61,077 nucleotides of DNA from a virus (taxonomy: Duplodnaviria; Caudoviricetes), in the IMG/VR virus record IMGVR_UViG_3300030098_000471, positions 1 through 61,077 of that record; one strand, 5' to 3'. How positions within the stretch are numbered: the stretch's first letter is position 1; each line of letters starts with the position of its first letter. This document shows positions 26,603 to 36,048 of this stretch, piece after piece. A program made the position numbers and the translations under genes. The notes under the pieces are model-generated. The model was given only the letters and a program-made list of their open reading frames with translations, ran no database searches and was not told the origin of the DNA.

Positions 26603-26965
26603 ATGAATATACACCCAAGCCTAGAGAAGTTACCTAAAGATCACAGGCTACATCCAGATAAGGTGAAGCAGTGGATCAAGGTTAATACCGATATGCTTGC
26701 ATCTATTCGTAAGGATGTGAGAAACAATGTTAAGGGTGCTATTGCTAGACAAGCAGACATTGAAGGTTACATTAAGAACATGCGTAAATATCTAAGAGAT
26801 GGTGATTGGATTGATATGTTCTATGGTGTAAATCAAGAAGGTAAAATAATGTTGAAGTGTGTAGCTATGGCATATAACAGTGACGGCACAGCCAAGCGTG
26901 ACGTTGGAACATGGTATCCAGACATGGGTATCTATACAAAGGAGATGGACGATGAGACTACCTGA
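26603..26965 (+). CDS. Hypothetical phage protein
   Basis: GYIKNMRKYLRDGDWIDMFYG; AGGAG RBS. Confidence 0.7.
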   Translation: MNIHPSLEKLPKDHRLHPDKVKQWIKVNTDMLASIRKDVRNNVKGAIARQADIEGYIKNMRKYLRDGDWIDMFYGVNQEGKIMLKCVAMAYNSDGTAKRDVGTWYPDMGIYTKEMDDETT

Positions 26966-27143
26966 TGGATGGATGTCTCCCTATGAGTGGGAGCTATGGA
27001 TGGAAAATACTTATGATGAAATGCCATCATGGTATAGTGATGTTAATCTGAGAGAGGATGCCTATAGGGAATACCTCAAGGACAACGCACAATATACTTC
27101 AAAAGAGGTAACTAAAGAAAGGTTGAGAAAGTTTCTTAAATAA
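26952..27143 (+). CDS. Hypothetical protein
   Basis: AGGAG RBS before ATG 26952. Confidence 0.55.
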   Translation: MRLPDGWMSPYEWELWMENTYDEMPSWYSDVNLREDAYREYLKDNAQYTSKEVTKERLRKFLK

Positions 27144-27154
27144 TATAATCATAG

Positions 27155-27183
27155 TTGCATGCTACAAGATAGTATGATATAAT
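27155..27183 (+). promoter_or_regulatory. sigma70 promoter
   Basis: TTGCAT-17 nt-TATAAT with TG extension. Confidence 0.75.
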
Positions 27184-27205
27184 GTTATTATGAAGGATAT
27201 AAATT

Positions 27206-27382
27206 ATGAACAAATATAATTTTAAATATCACGATGAAGTACCTGATAATCTAGCAGATTATGTAGTAGATGTATGTATCTTCTCTGGGCTAGAAATAAA
27301 TAGCTTGACAGATATTAAATTATCTGATATAAATGGTTTTCTAAATGGTCTTGAAGAACAAGCTGATGAGGTAGTTGAATGA
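27206..27382 (+). CDS. 58-aa acidic protein (not in ORF track)
   Basis: AAGGA RBS; MNKYNFKYHDEVPDNL...; stop overlaps the next ATG. Confidence 0.55.
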   Translation: MNKYNFKYHDEVPDNLADYVVDVCIFSGLEINSLTDIKLSDINGFLNGLEEQADEVVE

Positions 27383-27807
27383 GTGTAGTAGAGGGTAAGG
27401 TGTGGGGTACAACAATGCCCCTTATTCAGAGGCCACAGCTAGAGGTACATAGTATCTTTGTTAATGCTGGTGGCTATTGTTCCAAGCATAAACATCAATC
27501 AAAGATAAATGCTTTTTATGTAGAGGAAGGAGAATTAGAAATACATAGATGGAAAGATTATAACTTGGTAGATGTTACAATCTTATATAATGAAGATGTA
27601 GCTATAGTTCCTGCTGGTGAGTATCACATGTTTAATGCTAGAACAGATACTAAAGCACTGGAGATATACTGGTCTGAGTTACATATCAATGACATTGAAA
27701 GAGAAATAGTAGGAGGAGTTGATGAGACTCTTGATCTATTTAATTCTCCAAAGAAAAATAACTTTGCAAAAGTATTTAATATAGATGACTTAGAGGGGAG
27801 AAACTAA
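27379..27807 (+). CDS. Cupin-domain protein
   Basis: KVWG, CSKHKHQSKINAFYVEEG, VPAGEYHMF. Confidence 0.75.
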   Translation: MSVVEGKVWGTTMPLIQRPQLEVHSIFVNAGGYCSKHKHQSKINAFYVEEGELEIHRWKDYNLVDVTILYNEDVAIVPAGEYHMFNARTDTKALEIYWSELHINDIEREIVGGVDETLDLFNSPKKNNFAKVFNIDDLEGRN

Positions 27808-27992
27808 TGTCTGTTATAATGGAAGTAGCAAAACAAAGTGGCAGTCCTAGATTAATTATGAAGGAAGATTATAATTCTCTAGATTTTTCAGAGAAGTTAC
27901 AATGTCTAGTATCAATACGCACAGCTATTGAAAAAGAAATAGCCTTTACTGAAAAAGACTTCAGAAGATTTGTTAATAAACGTAGGTTCTAA
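27807..27992 (+). CDS. Hypothetical protein
   Basis: TAATG-coupled ORF. Confidence 0.55.
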   Translation: MSVIMEVAKQSGSPRLIMKEDYNSLDFSEKLQCLVSIRTAIEKEIAFTEKDFRRFVNKRRF

Positions 27993-28005
27993 AAGGATTA
28001 ATACA

Positions 28006-28260
28006 ATGGATAAAGATTTTTTTGAGTGGCTGTTCAAAGCACTAAAGATTGATGTCAATGGTAGGTCAATGTACTCAAACATTTATAAAGATGGATTTAA
28101 AAATGTTAATCGTTATACAAGAGCAGGTAAGAACGGTAAGTTTGTTACGTGTCCTCACTGTCATGCTGATACTCTTGTCTATCATTTCTCATGGGTTAAA
28201 ATGAGTTGTAATAATTGTATGGCATCTGTTGATAAAGATGATTGGCTGGTTAAAGTGTGA
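28006..28260 (+). CDS. Zn-ribbon protein
   Basis: CPHC...VYHFSW...CNNC. Confidence 0.6.
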   Translation: MDKDFFEWLFKALKIDVNGRSMYSNIYKDGFKNVNRYTRAGKNGKFVTCPHCHADTLVYHFSWVKMSCNNCMASVDKDDWLVKV

Positions 28261-28331
28261 TGTATAAAATATTATTATTGTTATTATTTTTTAGTACATC
28301 TGCACTGGCACATATTTTACAGGAGATAAAG

Positions 28332-28348
28332 TTCTAGAAATTCTAGAA
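28332..28348. promoter_or_regulatory. Motif copy 7
   Basis: Exact match, upstream of ORF 28363. Confidence 0.8.
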
Positions 28349-28362
28349 GTTTAAATATAAAC

Positions 28363-29263
28363 ATGTTTGTAATTGTTCAAGATATAATTAAAGAAGCACA
28401 TAAAGACTTGAAAGAGTTTGATTGCTTTGATATTTTGACAACCCCTACTGGATTTCCAATGAAGTTTAAAACAGAAGGGGAAGCAATCAAATTTCTAAAT
28501 GACTTAGGAATTGATATGCCAACAGAATCAGATCAAGGAGAAATTAGAATTGACAGACTCCATTAAACAATACAACGCTATGGTAACTCAACTAAATAAA
28601 AATATAAGTTCGCTTCAAATTATAAATAAACGTCAGGCTGAAACCATCAAACAGTTGAGAAGAGAATTATCTATAGCACGTCAAGAAAAAGGTTCTGGTA
28701 ATATGTGGGCTGAGTTAGATGACAGCAGAGATAATTAATTTTTATAAACACTGGAAAGCACGTCAAGAAACATTAAGGAAATCAATGGGTTATCCAGATG
28801 ATCTGTGGTACATGATGCTCGACAATGGGTATGATCCTTTAGATATAGATGAAGTAAAAAAATTCATAGATGATTTTGAAAAGGATATAGTGGGAAATGA
28901 CTAAAAATTTATGGCAAAAAGACAGAGCAACCCTATTTAAAAATTATGTACGACAGTATAAAGAAGAAGGCTATGACGTAAAAGAAGCAAGGCAGTTAGC
29001 CAAGATTGAAATCAATGAAGTCATGGCAGACAAGGAAGACTTTGTAGATAATCTTTGGAAAGAAACTTTTGAAGATGTATAATTTAGTTTATAAAAATAA
29101 GATATTACAAAGATACAGAACAAAGCGTGAAGCAAAGAAAGAACTTGACGATAGATCAAACTTGTGCTATATGTTAAGAGTAAATCCTTCTGAAGCATAT
29201 TCAATTACGAAAGGAAAGACCCATGCAACCAGAAGAAAAAGGTTGGAAAGGGCCATGCTCTGA
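28363..29263 (+). CDS. Run of five small overlapping hypothetical ORFs (28363-28566, 28511-28738, 28719-28904, 28897-29082, 29069-29263)
   Basis: Contiguous same-strand ORFs with overlapping starts and stops. Confidence 0.5.
29145..29173 (+). promoter_or_regulatory. Possible sigma70 promoter for replication genes
   Basis: TTGACG-17 nt-TATATG with TG extension, upstream of the primase. Confidence 0.55.
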
Positions 29264-30863
29264 GTGTGGATCATCCGATGCCAACCATCACTATCCTGAT
29301 GGACACACCTTCTGTTACAGTTGTAAGACTCATAAACCTGCAAAGGAAGTAACCACTATGGCTACAGTACAATCCAATACAAATCAAAACTCTCTGAAGT
29401 TACTAAACTCTAGTAGACTTGCTGAGTACAATGATATACCTGAACGTAAGATTACAAAGGAGACTGCAAGAAAATTTAATACCCTCACCAAGAAGAAGGG
29501 ATCAATGACAACTCACCATGTCTATCAATACTATGACAGTAAGGGCAATCACATCTGTAACAAGGTGCGTGATACTGCCAACAAAAAGTTCTGGTCTGAA
29601 GGCAACATGAATGGGGCTGGTCTGTTTGGTCAGAATGTGTTTACCCAAAAGGCAAAGTTCATTACCATTACAGAGGGCGAGGTAGATGCTATGTCTGCCT
29701 ATCAGCTAATGGGTTCTCAGTGGCCTGTTGTCTCACTCAAGAATGGTGCGGCATCAGCGGTATCAAACTGCAAGCAATCGTTTGAATACCTAAATCAATT
29801 CGGTAATATTGTATTGTGTTTTGATAATGACAAGGCAGGTAGAAAAGCGGCAAACGAAGTTGCTGAAATATTTGAACCCAATAAATGTAAGATAATGCAA
29901 CTTGATTTAAAGGATGCCAATGAGTGCCTCAAGGTAGGCATGAGGTCAGAAGACTTTATCAATGCTTGGTGGGCCGCAAAACCTTTTACTCCTGCTGGCA
30001 TTATTAATCTACATGATCTTGGGGACAGTCTCTATGATGAAGACTATTGTGAGACTTGCCTGTACCCTTGGTCTGATCTCAATGAGAAGACCTATGGTAT
30101 GAGAACAGGTGAGCTTGTCACGTTCACCAGTGGGGCTGGCATGGGCAAGTCAAGCATCATGCGTGAACTCATGCACCACCTCATGATGAATACCAAGGAT
30201 AACATTGGTGTCTTGGCAATGGAAGAGAGTGTACGTAACACAGCCTTCAACATCATGAGTGTCGAGGCCAACGCTAGGCTTTACATTAAAGAAGTGCGTG
30301 AACAGTTTTCACCTGAACAACTACGTGAATGGCAAGAAAAAACCATAGGAACAAAAAGGTTCTTTGCCTTTGACCACTTTGGTTCAATTAGTAACGATGA
30401 AATCCTAGCTCGTGTACGCTACATGGCTAAAGCATTGGAGACTAAGTGGGTGATACTGGATCACCTCAGTATCTTGGTGTCTGGTCAAGAAGATAATGGT
30501 GATGAACGTAAGTCAATAGATATTCTAATGACCAAGTTAAGGTCACTGGTGGAAGAGACAGGCATAGGCTTGCTACTGGTGAGCCACCTACGTAGGCCAG
30601 CAGGTGATAGAGGTCATGAGGATGGGCGTGAGGTATCTCTCTCACACCTACGAGGCTCTGCCAGCATTGCACATCTAAGTGATGCGGTCATAGCCTTGGA
30701 GCGCAACCAGCAAGCAGACGATGAGCAAGCTGCCAACACTACTACCATACGTATTCTAAAGAACAGGTACACTGGTGACACAGGTATTGCTTGTTATCTA
30801 CACTATGATAAAGAAACTGGTCGAATGACACAGATTGATAACCCTTTTATGGAGAATGAGTAA
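29223..30863 (+). CDS. T7 gp4-like DNA primase-helicase
   Basis: Zn finger CSECGSSD...CYSC, TOPRIM EGEVD and FDNDKAG, Walker A GAGMGKS, ILDHL, LRGSASI. Confidence 0.95.
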   Translation: MQPEEKGWKGPCSECGSSDANHHYPDGHTFCYSCKTHKPAKEVTTMATVQSNTNQNSLKLLNSSRLAEYNDIPERKITKETARKFNTLTKKKGSMTTHHVYQYYDSKGNHICNKVRDTANKKFWSEGNMNGAGLFGQNVFTQKAKFITITEGEVDAMSAYQLMGSQWPVVSLKNGAASAVSNCKQSFEYLNQFGNIVLCFDNDKAGRKAANEVAEIFEPNKCKIMQLDLKDANECLKVGMRSEDFINAWWAAKPFTPAGIINLHDLGDSLYDEDYCETCLYPWSDLNEKTYGMRTGELVTFTSGAGMGKSSIMRELMHHLMMNTKDNIGVLAMEESVRNTAFNIMSVEANARLYIKEVREQFSPEQLREWQEKTIGTKRFFAFDHFGSISNDEILARVRYMAKALETKWVILDHLSILVSGQEDNGDERKSIDILMTKLRSLVEETGIGLLLVSHLRRPAGDRGHEDGREVSLSHLRGSASIAHLSDAVIALERNQQADDEQAANTTTIRILKNRYTGDTGIACYLHYDKETGRMTQIDNPFMENE

Positions 30864-31375
30864 TGGCTTGGTTAGATAAAGATAAGGAAAGAAAATGGAA
30901 AAGGGAATATAAGAAAAGCCGATATGAAAATGATCCTGAGTTTAAAGAAAAAGAAAAAGCTAGGAGAAGAAAATATACTGCTACACATCCTGAACAAGGT
31001 AAAGTTCAAGGTCAAAGATGGAAAGAAAAAGCTACTACCCTAGCTTCAGATGCTTTTTTCACAGCTAAAATTAATAGCTTGAGAGGAAGAGCCAAAGAAA
31101 AAAATTTAGATTTTAATTTAGATAAAGAATTTTTAAAAATTATTTTTCCTAAAGATAATAAGTGTCCTGCATTAAAAATAAAATTTAAAACAGGCAATGA
31201 AGGGGGCAGGTATAATTCTCCTAGCGTTGATCGAATTGATAATTCAAAAGGATATGTAAAAGGTAATATTATTTGGGTATCAAACCTAGCCAACATGATT
31301 ATGTCAAGTGGCACACCTCAACAGGTGTTAGATGTAGGAAAGTTTTTTAAAGAACAGATGGAGAATATAAAATGA
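30863..31375 (+). CDS. Putative HNH-like endonuclease
   Basis: CPAL...SPSVDRIDNSKGYVKGNIIWVSNLAN; more AT-rich than neighbours. Confidence 0.7.
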   Translation: MAWLDKDKERKWKREYKKSRYENDPEFKEKEKARRRKYTATHPEQGKVQGQRWKEKATTLASDAFFTAKINSLRGRAKEKNLDFNLDKEFLKIIFPKDNKCPALKIKFKTGNEGGRYNSPSVDRIDNSKGYVKGNIIWVSNLANMIMSSGTPQQVLDVGKFFKEQMENIK

Positions 31376-31836
31376 ATACAATGGGGAAGCGCAAACAATT
31401 TGATAGGGCATTGTATGAAGTAGCAGATAGAGATGCAAAGGCCGCTACCTTGAAGTACATTAAAGACATGAACTACACCACCATAGATACAAAGGAACGA
31501 AAAGACTTTGATATTATCTGTAAGGCTGAAGATAATATTCATCACCTCTATGAAGTAGAAATAAAATATTCTTGGAAGGGTGATTGGAATCCTACTTGGA
31601 AGGAGATACGAATACCTTATCGCAAGAGTCGCTTACTTACTAAGTGGAAGGAGCAATACCCTGACGCACTCTTCACATTCATAGTGTGGCGTAATGATTG
31701 TAAACAAGCATGGCATATTGACGCAAATATTTTACTTGACTGTGAGGTAAAAGAAGTGTCTAATAGGAACATCAGAAAGGGTGAGAAGTTCTTCCACATT
31801 AACGTAGAGGATGCTTGTCTCATTGAGGTAGATTAA
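31372..31836 (+). CDS. PD-(D/E)xK-fold nuclease-like protein
   Basis: FDII...YEVEIKYSW...IRIPYRK. Confidence 0.55.
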   Translation: MNTMGKRKQFDRALYEVADRDAKAATLKYIKDMNYTTIDTKERKDFDIICKAEDNIHHLYEVEIKYSWKGDWNPTWKEIRIPYRKSRLLTKWKEQYPDALFTFIVWRNDCKQAWHIDANILLDCEVKEVSNRNIRKGEKFFHINVEDACLIEVD

Positions 31837-33471
31837 ATGACAACAGCTATAGTTGATATTGAAACAGATAGTTTGAATGCAACAAAGATACATTGTATCG
31901 TAGCAAGGAGTTATGAAACAAATAAAGTTAAGGCGTGGGTAGGGCAGGAGTGTTCAGAGTTTGCTAGTTGGTCGCAGCAGATTGATACTTTTATTATGCA
32001 CAATGGTATCAGCTTTGATGCTCCTGTCCTAAATCGTATACTAGGATGTAACATAAAGCTTAATCAAATACGTGATACTCTTATTGAGTCACAGCTTTAC
32101 AATCCCATAAGAGATGGTGGGCATTCTCTTGAGGCATGGGGCAAGAGCCTTGGCTTTGAGAAGGGAGACTTCCATGACTTCTCAGAGTACTCTCCTGAGA
32201 TGCTGGAGTATTGTAAACGTGATACAGAGGTAACACGTCTGGTAGCACAGGAGCTAGAGAAAGAAGGCAAGGATTTTAGTTCTCAGTCTTATGAGTTAGA
32301 GCGTAAGGTCAGAGCTATAATAGATAAGCAACAGAACAATGGCTTTGCTTTTAAATTAAAAGAAGCTATGATCCTACAGGCTCAGTTGCAAGATGAGTTA
32401 CATGATCTAGAGCGTAAAGCAGAGGAAGACTTTGAACCCACAGTGGTTGAATTAAAAACCAAGACCAAGTATATACCTTTTAATATAGCAAGTCGTAAGC
32501 AGATAGCAGAGAGACTACAGGTTAAAGGGTGGAAGCCCAAGCAGATGACTGATAAAGGTAACGTAATTATTAATGAGGCAGTCTTATCAAAGATTGATAT
32601 GCCCGAAGCCAAGATGTTTAACAGGTATTTCCTATTGCAAAAACGCACTGGCTTATTAAAGTCTTGGATATCAGAATGTCAAGAAGATAACCGTGTACGT
32701 GGGAGGGTAATGACACTGCGTACCATAACAGGAAGGATGGCACATGCAGTACCTAATATGGCACAAGTCCCTGCTATCTATAGTCCTTACGGCAGAGAAT
32801 GCAGGGGCTTATGGACAGTGGATGATCAATCTAAATATCGCTTGGTAGGTGTTGATGCCAGTGGTCTTGAACTGAGATGCTTGGCTCACTACATGAATGA
32901 CCCTGAGTATACCAACATCGTATTGACAGGTGATGTACACACAGCTAATCAGCAAGCCGCTGGATTAAGAACCAGAGATCAAGCCAAGACTTTTATCTAT
33001 GCTTTTCTCTATGGTGCAGGGCCAACCAAGATTGGTAAGGTGGTTGGTAAAGGGCCAGCCGCAGGGCAGAACCTTATTAAAAAATTCTTGGAGCGTACAC
33101 CAGCATTGGGAAGACTAAGAGATAACGTAGCAAGATGGTCTAAGAGTGGCACCATACCTGCACTGGATGGTAGGTTATTACATATTAGGTCAGAACATGC
33201 GGCATTAAACACCCTACTTCAAGGTGCTGGTGCTATAATATGTAAGCAATGGCTTGTTCATATCATGGAACGAGTCATAAAGGCTGACCTAGATGTAAGG
33301 TTGGTTGCTTCAATTCATGATGAATATCAATTTGAAGTAGCTATACCAGATGTAAATAGGTTTTGTAAATTAACAAAGGAGGCAATGACACAGACACAAA
33401 AAATACTTGGAGTTAAATGTGAATTAGACTGTGATTATAAAGTTGGAGAAACATGGGCTGATACACATTAA
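31837..33471 (+). CDS. polA: Family A DNA polymerase (T7-like)
   Basis: Exonuclease DIET, HNGISFD, YCKRD; polymerase DASGLELR, RDQAKTFIYAFLYG, IHDE. Confidence 0.95.
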   Translation: MTTAIVDIETDSLNATKIHCIVARSYETNKVKAWVGQECSEFASWSQQIDTFIMHNGISFDAPVLNRILGCNIKLNQIRDTLIESQLYNPIRDGGHSLEAWGKSLGFEKGDFHDFSEYSPEMLEYCKRDTEVTRLVAQELEKEGKDFSSQSYELERKVRAIIDKQQNNGFAFKLKEAMILQAQLQDELHDLERKAEEDFEPTVVELKTKTKYIPFNIASRKQIAERLQVKGWKPKQMTDKGNVIINEAVLSKIDMPEAKMFNRYFLLQKRTGLLKSWISECQEDNRVRGRVMTLRTITGRMAHAVPNMAQVPAIYSPYGRECRGLWTVDDQSKYRLVGVDASGLELRCLAHYMNDPEYTNIVLTGDVHTANQQAAGLRTRDQAKTFIYAFLYGAGPTKIGKVVGKGPAAGQNLIKKFLERTPALGRLRDNVARWSKSGTIPALDGRLLHIRSEHAALNTLLQGAGAIICKQWLVHIMERVIKADLDVRLVASIHDEYQFEVAIPDVNRFCKLTKEAMTQTQKILGVKCELDCDYKVGETWADTH

Positions 33472-33475
33472 GTAC

Positions 33476-33504
33476 TTGACAAATTAAATTAGATAGTGTA
33501 TACT
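33476..33504 (+). promoter_or_regulatory. sigma70 promoter upstream of SSB
   Basis: TTGACA-17 nt-TATACT. Confidence 0.8.
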
Positions 33505-33575
33505 AATGGAGTTAAAGTAGTAGACAAATATATCAACAGCCACGATGGTGTGGCACTAAACACAAGGAGAAACAT

Positions 33576-34049
33576 ATGGCTATTCAACCTTTATATTTAA
33601 CTGGTAAATGTTATTGGGCTTCTGTTGTAGAACCCAATAGTACGTTTGAACCAACATGGCAAGTTGATCTTTGCCTTGATGAAGATACTAAAGCTTTAGT
33701 TCAACAAGCTGGTTTAAAGGTTCGTAATAAAGATGACGAGCGTGGAGAGTTTGTCACATTAAAGCGTAAGGTGCAGGGTAAGAATGGCCCACGCAAAGCA
33801 CCTATGGTAGTGGATTCCCAAAACAATCCTTGGGATAATAAACTTATTGGGAATGGTAGTGTGGTAACGGTAAAAGCCCTTCCCTTTGAGTGGAACTATG
33901 CAGGTAAGTCTGGTAAGTCGGCTGATCTTGCAGGAGTTCAAGTAGTGGAGTTGGTTGAGTATGGGGATAAAGACTTTGATGTTGTAGAAGGTGGCTATGT
34001 TAATAAAGCAGCCACTGAAATGTCAGATGATATTCCATTTGGTAACTAA
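33576..34049 (+). CDS. ssb: ssDNA-binding protein (T7 gp2.5-like)
   Basis: IGNGS, L.GVQVVELVEY, acidic tail DDIPF. Confidence 0.8.
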   Translation: MAIQPLYLTGKCYWASVVEPNSTFEPTWQVDLCLDEDTKALVQQAGLKVRNKDDERGEFVTLKRKVQGKNGPRKAPMVVDSQNNPWDNKLIGNGSVVTVKALPFEWNYAGKSGKSADLAGVQVVELVEYGDKDFDVVEGGYVNKAATEMSDDIPFGN

Positions 34050-34055
34050 GTGAGG

Positions 34056-34096
34056 ATGGGGTGCCGCATTAGGGTTAGTGTGGCACCCTATTTTTA
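34056..34096 (+). terminator. Intrinsic terminator after SSB
   Basis: GGGTGCCGCATT-loop-AGTGTGGCACCC followed by TATTTTT. Confidence 0.7.
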
Positions 34097-34098
34097 TT

Positions 34099-34953
34099 AT
34101 GAAAAAAATTGAAACATTAGTAGAAGATATATATGATCTTTTCAATCTTACTCCTATAGAAAGGGATGAAAAAGAAGTAGATAAACTCATAGATAAGTTT
34201 GGAGATATGCTTAAAGTTCATATCAAAGAATTTATGTATAGTAAGCCGAGAGATGGTCATCTAAGGTTGTCTGGTATTGGTAAACCAAACAGACAGTTGT
34301 GGTATGATGTTAATACAGAAACAACGGAAGAAAGTTTACCATCAAGCACAAGGATTAAATTTCTTTACGGTTATATATTGGAAGAATTATTATTATTATG
34401 TGCCGAAGTTGCTGGTCATACAGTAGAAGCACAGCAAAAAGAAGTATCAGTAGAAGGAGTATTAGGACATCAGGATGCAATTATTGATGGGGTTTTGGTT
34501 GATTGTAAGTCTGCTTCTGGAAGAAGCTTTGACAAGTTTGCTTCTCATAACATAGCAGAAGATGACCCCTTTGGTTACATAGCACAGATATCTGCGTATG
34601 CTCAAGCCAATGGCATAGATAAAGCAGCTTTCCTTGCTATAGATAAATCTACAGGTAAGATTTGCTTAACACCTGTTCATTCAATGGAGATGATAAATGC
34701 TGGTGACAGGGTTAAGAAAATTAAAAAAATTGTGGCAGGAGATAATGTACCTGATAGGTGTTACGATGCTGTACCTGATGGGAAGTCTGGTAATTATAAG
34801 CTTCCTATTGGTTGTGTTTATTGTAGACACAAGGAGTTGTGTTGGTCTGATGCTAATCAAGGGCAAGGCATTCGCACATTCAAGTATGCACATGGTAAAA
34901 GATATCTGGTACAGGTTGCAAAGACACCTGAAGTTGAGGAACTAACTAACTAA
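34099..34953 (+). CDS. PD-(D/E)xK (Cas4/RecB-like) exonuclease
   Basis: LRLSGIG, GHQDAIIDGVLVDCKS, YIAQISAY, CVYC...C. Confidence 0.8.
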   Translation: MKKIETLVEDIYDLFNLTPIERDEKEVDKLIDKFGDMLKVHIKEFMYSKPRDGHLRLSGIGKPNRQLWYDVNTETTEESLPSSTRIKFLYGYILEELLLLCAEVAGHTVEAQQKEVSVEGVLGHQDAIIDGVLVDCKSASGRSFDKFASHNIAEDDPFGYIAQISAYAQANGIDKAAFLAIDKSTGKICLTPVHSMEMINAGDRVKKIKKIVAGDNVPDRCYDAVPDGKSGNYKLPIGCVYCRHKELCWSDANQGQGIRTFKYAHGKRYLVQVAKTPEVEELTN

Positions 34954-34955
34954 GT

Positions 34956-35384
34956 ATGCACTGGAAGTATCACAAGAAGCCTGATCCCAACAGTCATTTT
35001 GGGTTTGTCTATCTTATTACAAACAAGAAGACAGGTAAAGCTTATGTGGGATGCAAACAGTATTGGCATAAAGTAAAGAGAAAGAAGGGTAGCTCCAAGA
35101 CAACCAAGAGAGAATCCAATTGGGTTGTCTATATGGGTTCCTCTAAATTGCTATTGGAAGATATCAAGAAGACAGGTAAGAGAAATTTTAAGTTTGAGAT
35201 AATAGCAGAGTTTAAAAATAAAAGAAGTTTAAAATACTATGAACTGTACTATCAAATGAAATATAATGTTTTATCATCTACCTTGGAAGGTACAGATGAA
35301 CCAGCATATTATAATAATTATGTAGGTGGTAAGTTCTATAGACCAGTACAAGAGTTTGAGAATGAACCTAAAAGATTTAGATAA
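34956..35384 (+). CDS. GIY-YIG-like endonuclease
   Basis: GFVYLITNKKTGKAYVGCK...YMGSS...YNN. Confidence 0.75.
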   Translation: MHWKYHKKPDPNSHFGFVYLITNKKTGKAYVGCKQYWHKVKRKKGSSKTTKRESNWVVYMGSSKLLLEDIKKTGKRNFKFEIIAEFKNKRSLKYYELYYQMKYNVLSSTLEGTDEPAYYNNYVGGKFYRPVQEFENEPKRFR

Positions 35385-35706
35385 TATACTAAAGCTACAA
35401 TCAAAAGCTTTTAAAAATCCAGAGAATATACTATTCTTATCAGTTATATACCAAGCATTACTTGATGCAACTGAACCTAAAGTTGAGAATGAAAAGACAA
35501 GTATAACATCTATAAGAAATCAAGCAAAGGCTTGGTTCTTTGCATCAATAGGTGTGACAAGTGAAGACTTTGAACTTATCTGTGATAATGCTGGTCTTAG
35601 ACCCTCAATGGTTAGAGAGTTTGCATACTACATTATTAATTCAGATGATAAAGATGAAGCCAGAAGTAGATTAAACCTTATATGGAAAGGAGCTAGTGAT
35701 AGTTAG
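35362..35706 (+). CDS. Hypothetical phage protein
   Basis: LFLSVIYQALLDA...AWFF...DFELICDNAG. Confidence 0.6.
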   Translation: MNLKDLDNILKLQSKAFKNPENILFLSVIYQALLDATEPKVENEKTSITSIRNQAKAWFFASIGVTSEDFELICDNAGLRPSMVREFAYYIINSDDKDEARSRLNLIWKGASDS

Positions 35707-36045
35707 ATGTCAGACTTACAAAGCGATCATGAATTTTATGAGCCTGAGTATAATATACGTGAATCAAGAGATAATTATGTATTGAGAAGATTAAAAGAAG
35801 ATAGGGAACAAGTTGAGAGAATTAAGAAAGAAGCCCTTAACAAACAGGTAGGTGGTAATCATTATAAAGACTGTGAAATACAACCTGTAGAATATATATA
35901 CTCTAATGGTCTTGACTTCTTAGAAGGTAATGTGGTAAAGTATATAACACGACATAGAGCAAAAGGTGATGGTGAGAAGGACATACGAAAAGTAATACAC
36001 TATGCAGAGATGATATTGGAAATGGTATATAAGAAAGGAGAATAA
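35707..36045 (+). CDS. DUF3310 / T7 gp1.7-like protein (putative nucleotide kinase)
   Basis: QVGGNHYK...IQPVEYI...GNVVKYITR...DIRKVIHY. Confidence 0.8.
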   Translation: MSDLQSDHEFYEPEYNIRESRDNYVLRRLKEDREQVERIKKEALNKQVGGNHYKDCEIQPVEYIYSNGLDFLEGNVVKYITRHRAKGDGEKDIRKVIHYAEMILEMVYKKGE

Positions 36046-36048
36046 TAT

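Noticed and set aside
20225-28348. CRISPR array or eukaryotic heat-shock elements (nGAAnnTTCn)
   Set aside because: Copies are hundreds to thousands of bp apart with genes between them, and the context is a bacteriophage, so the HSE resemblance is treated as coincidental
24999-33471. Assignment to HMO-2011-type phages (DnaJ zinc finger inside PolA)
   Set aside because: The polymerase has no CxxCxGxG insertion; that motif occurs only in a separate small ORF at 24999
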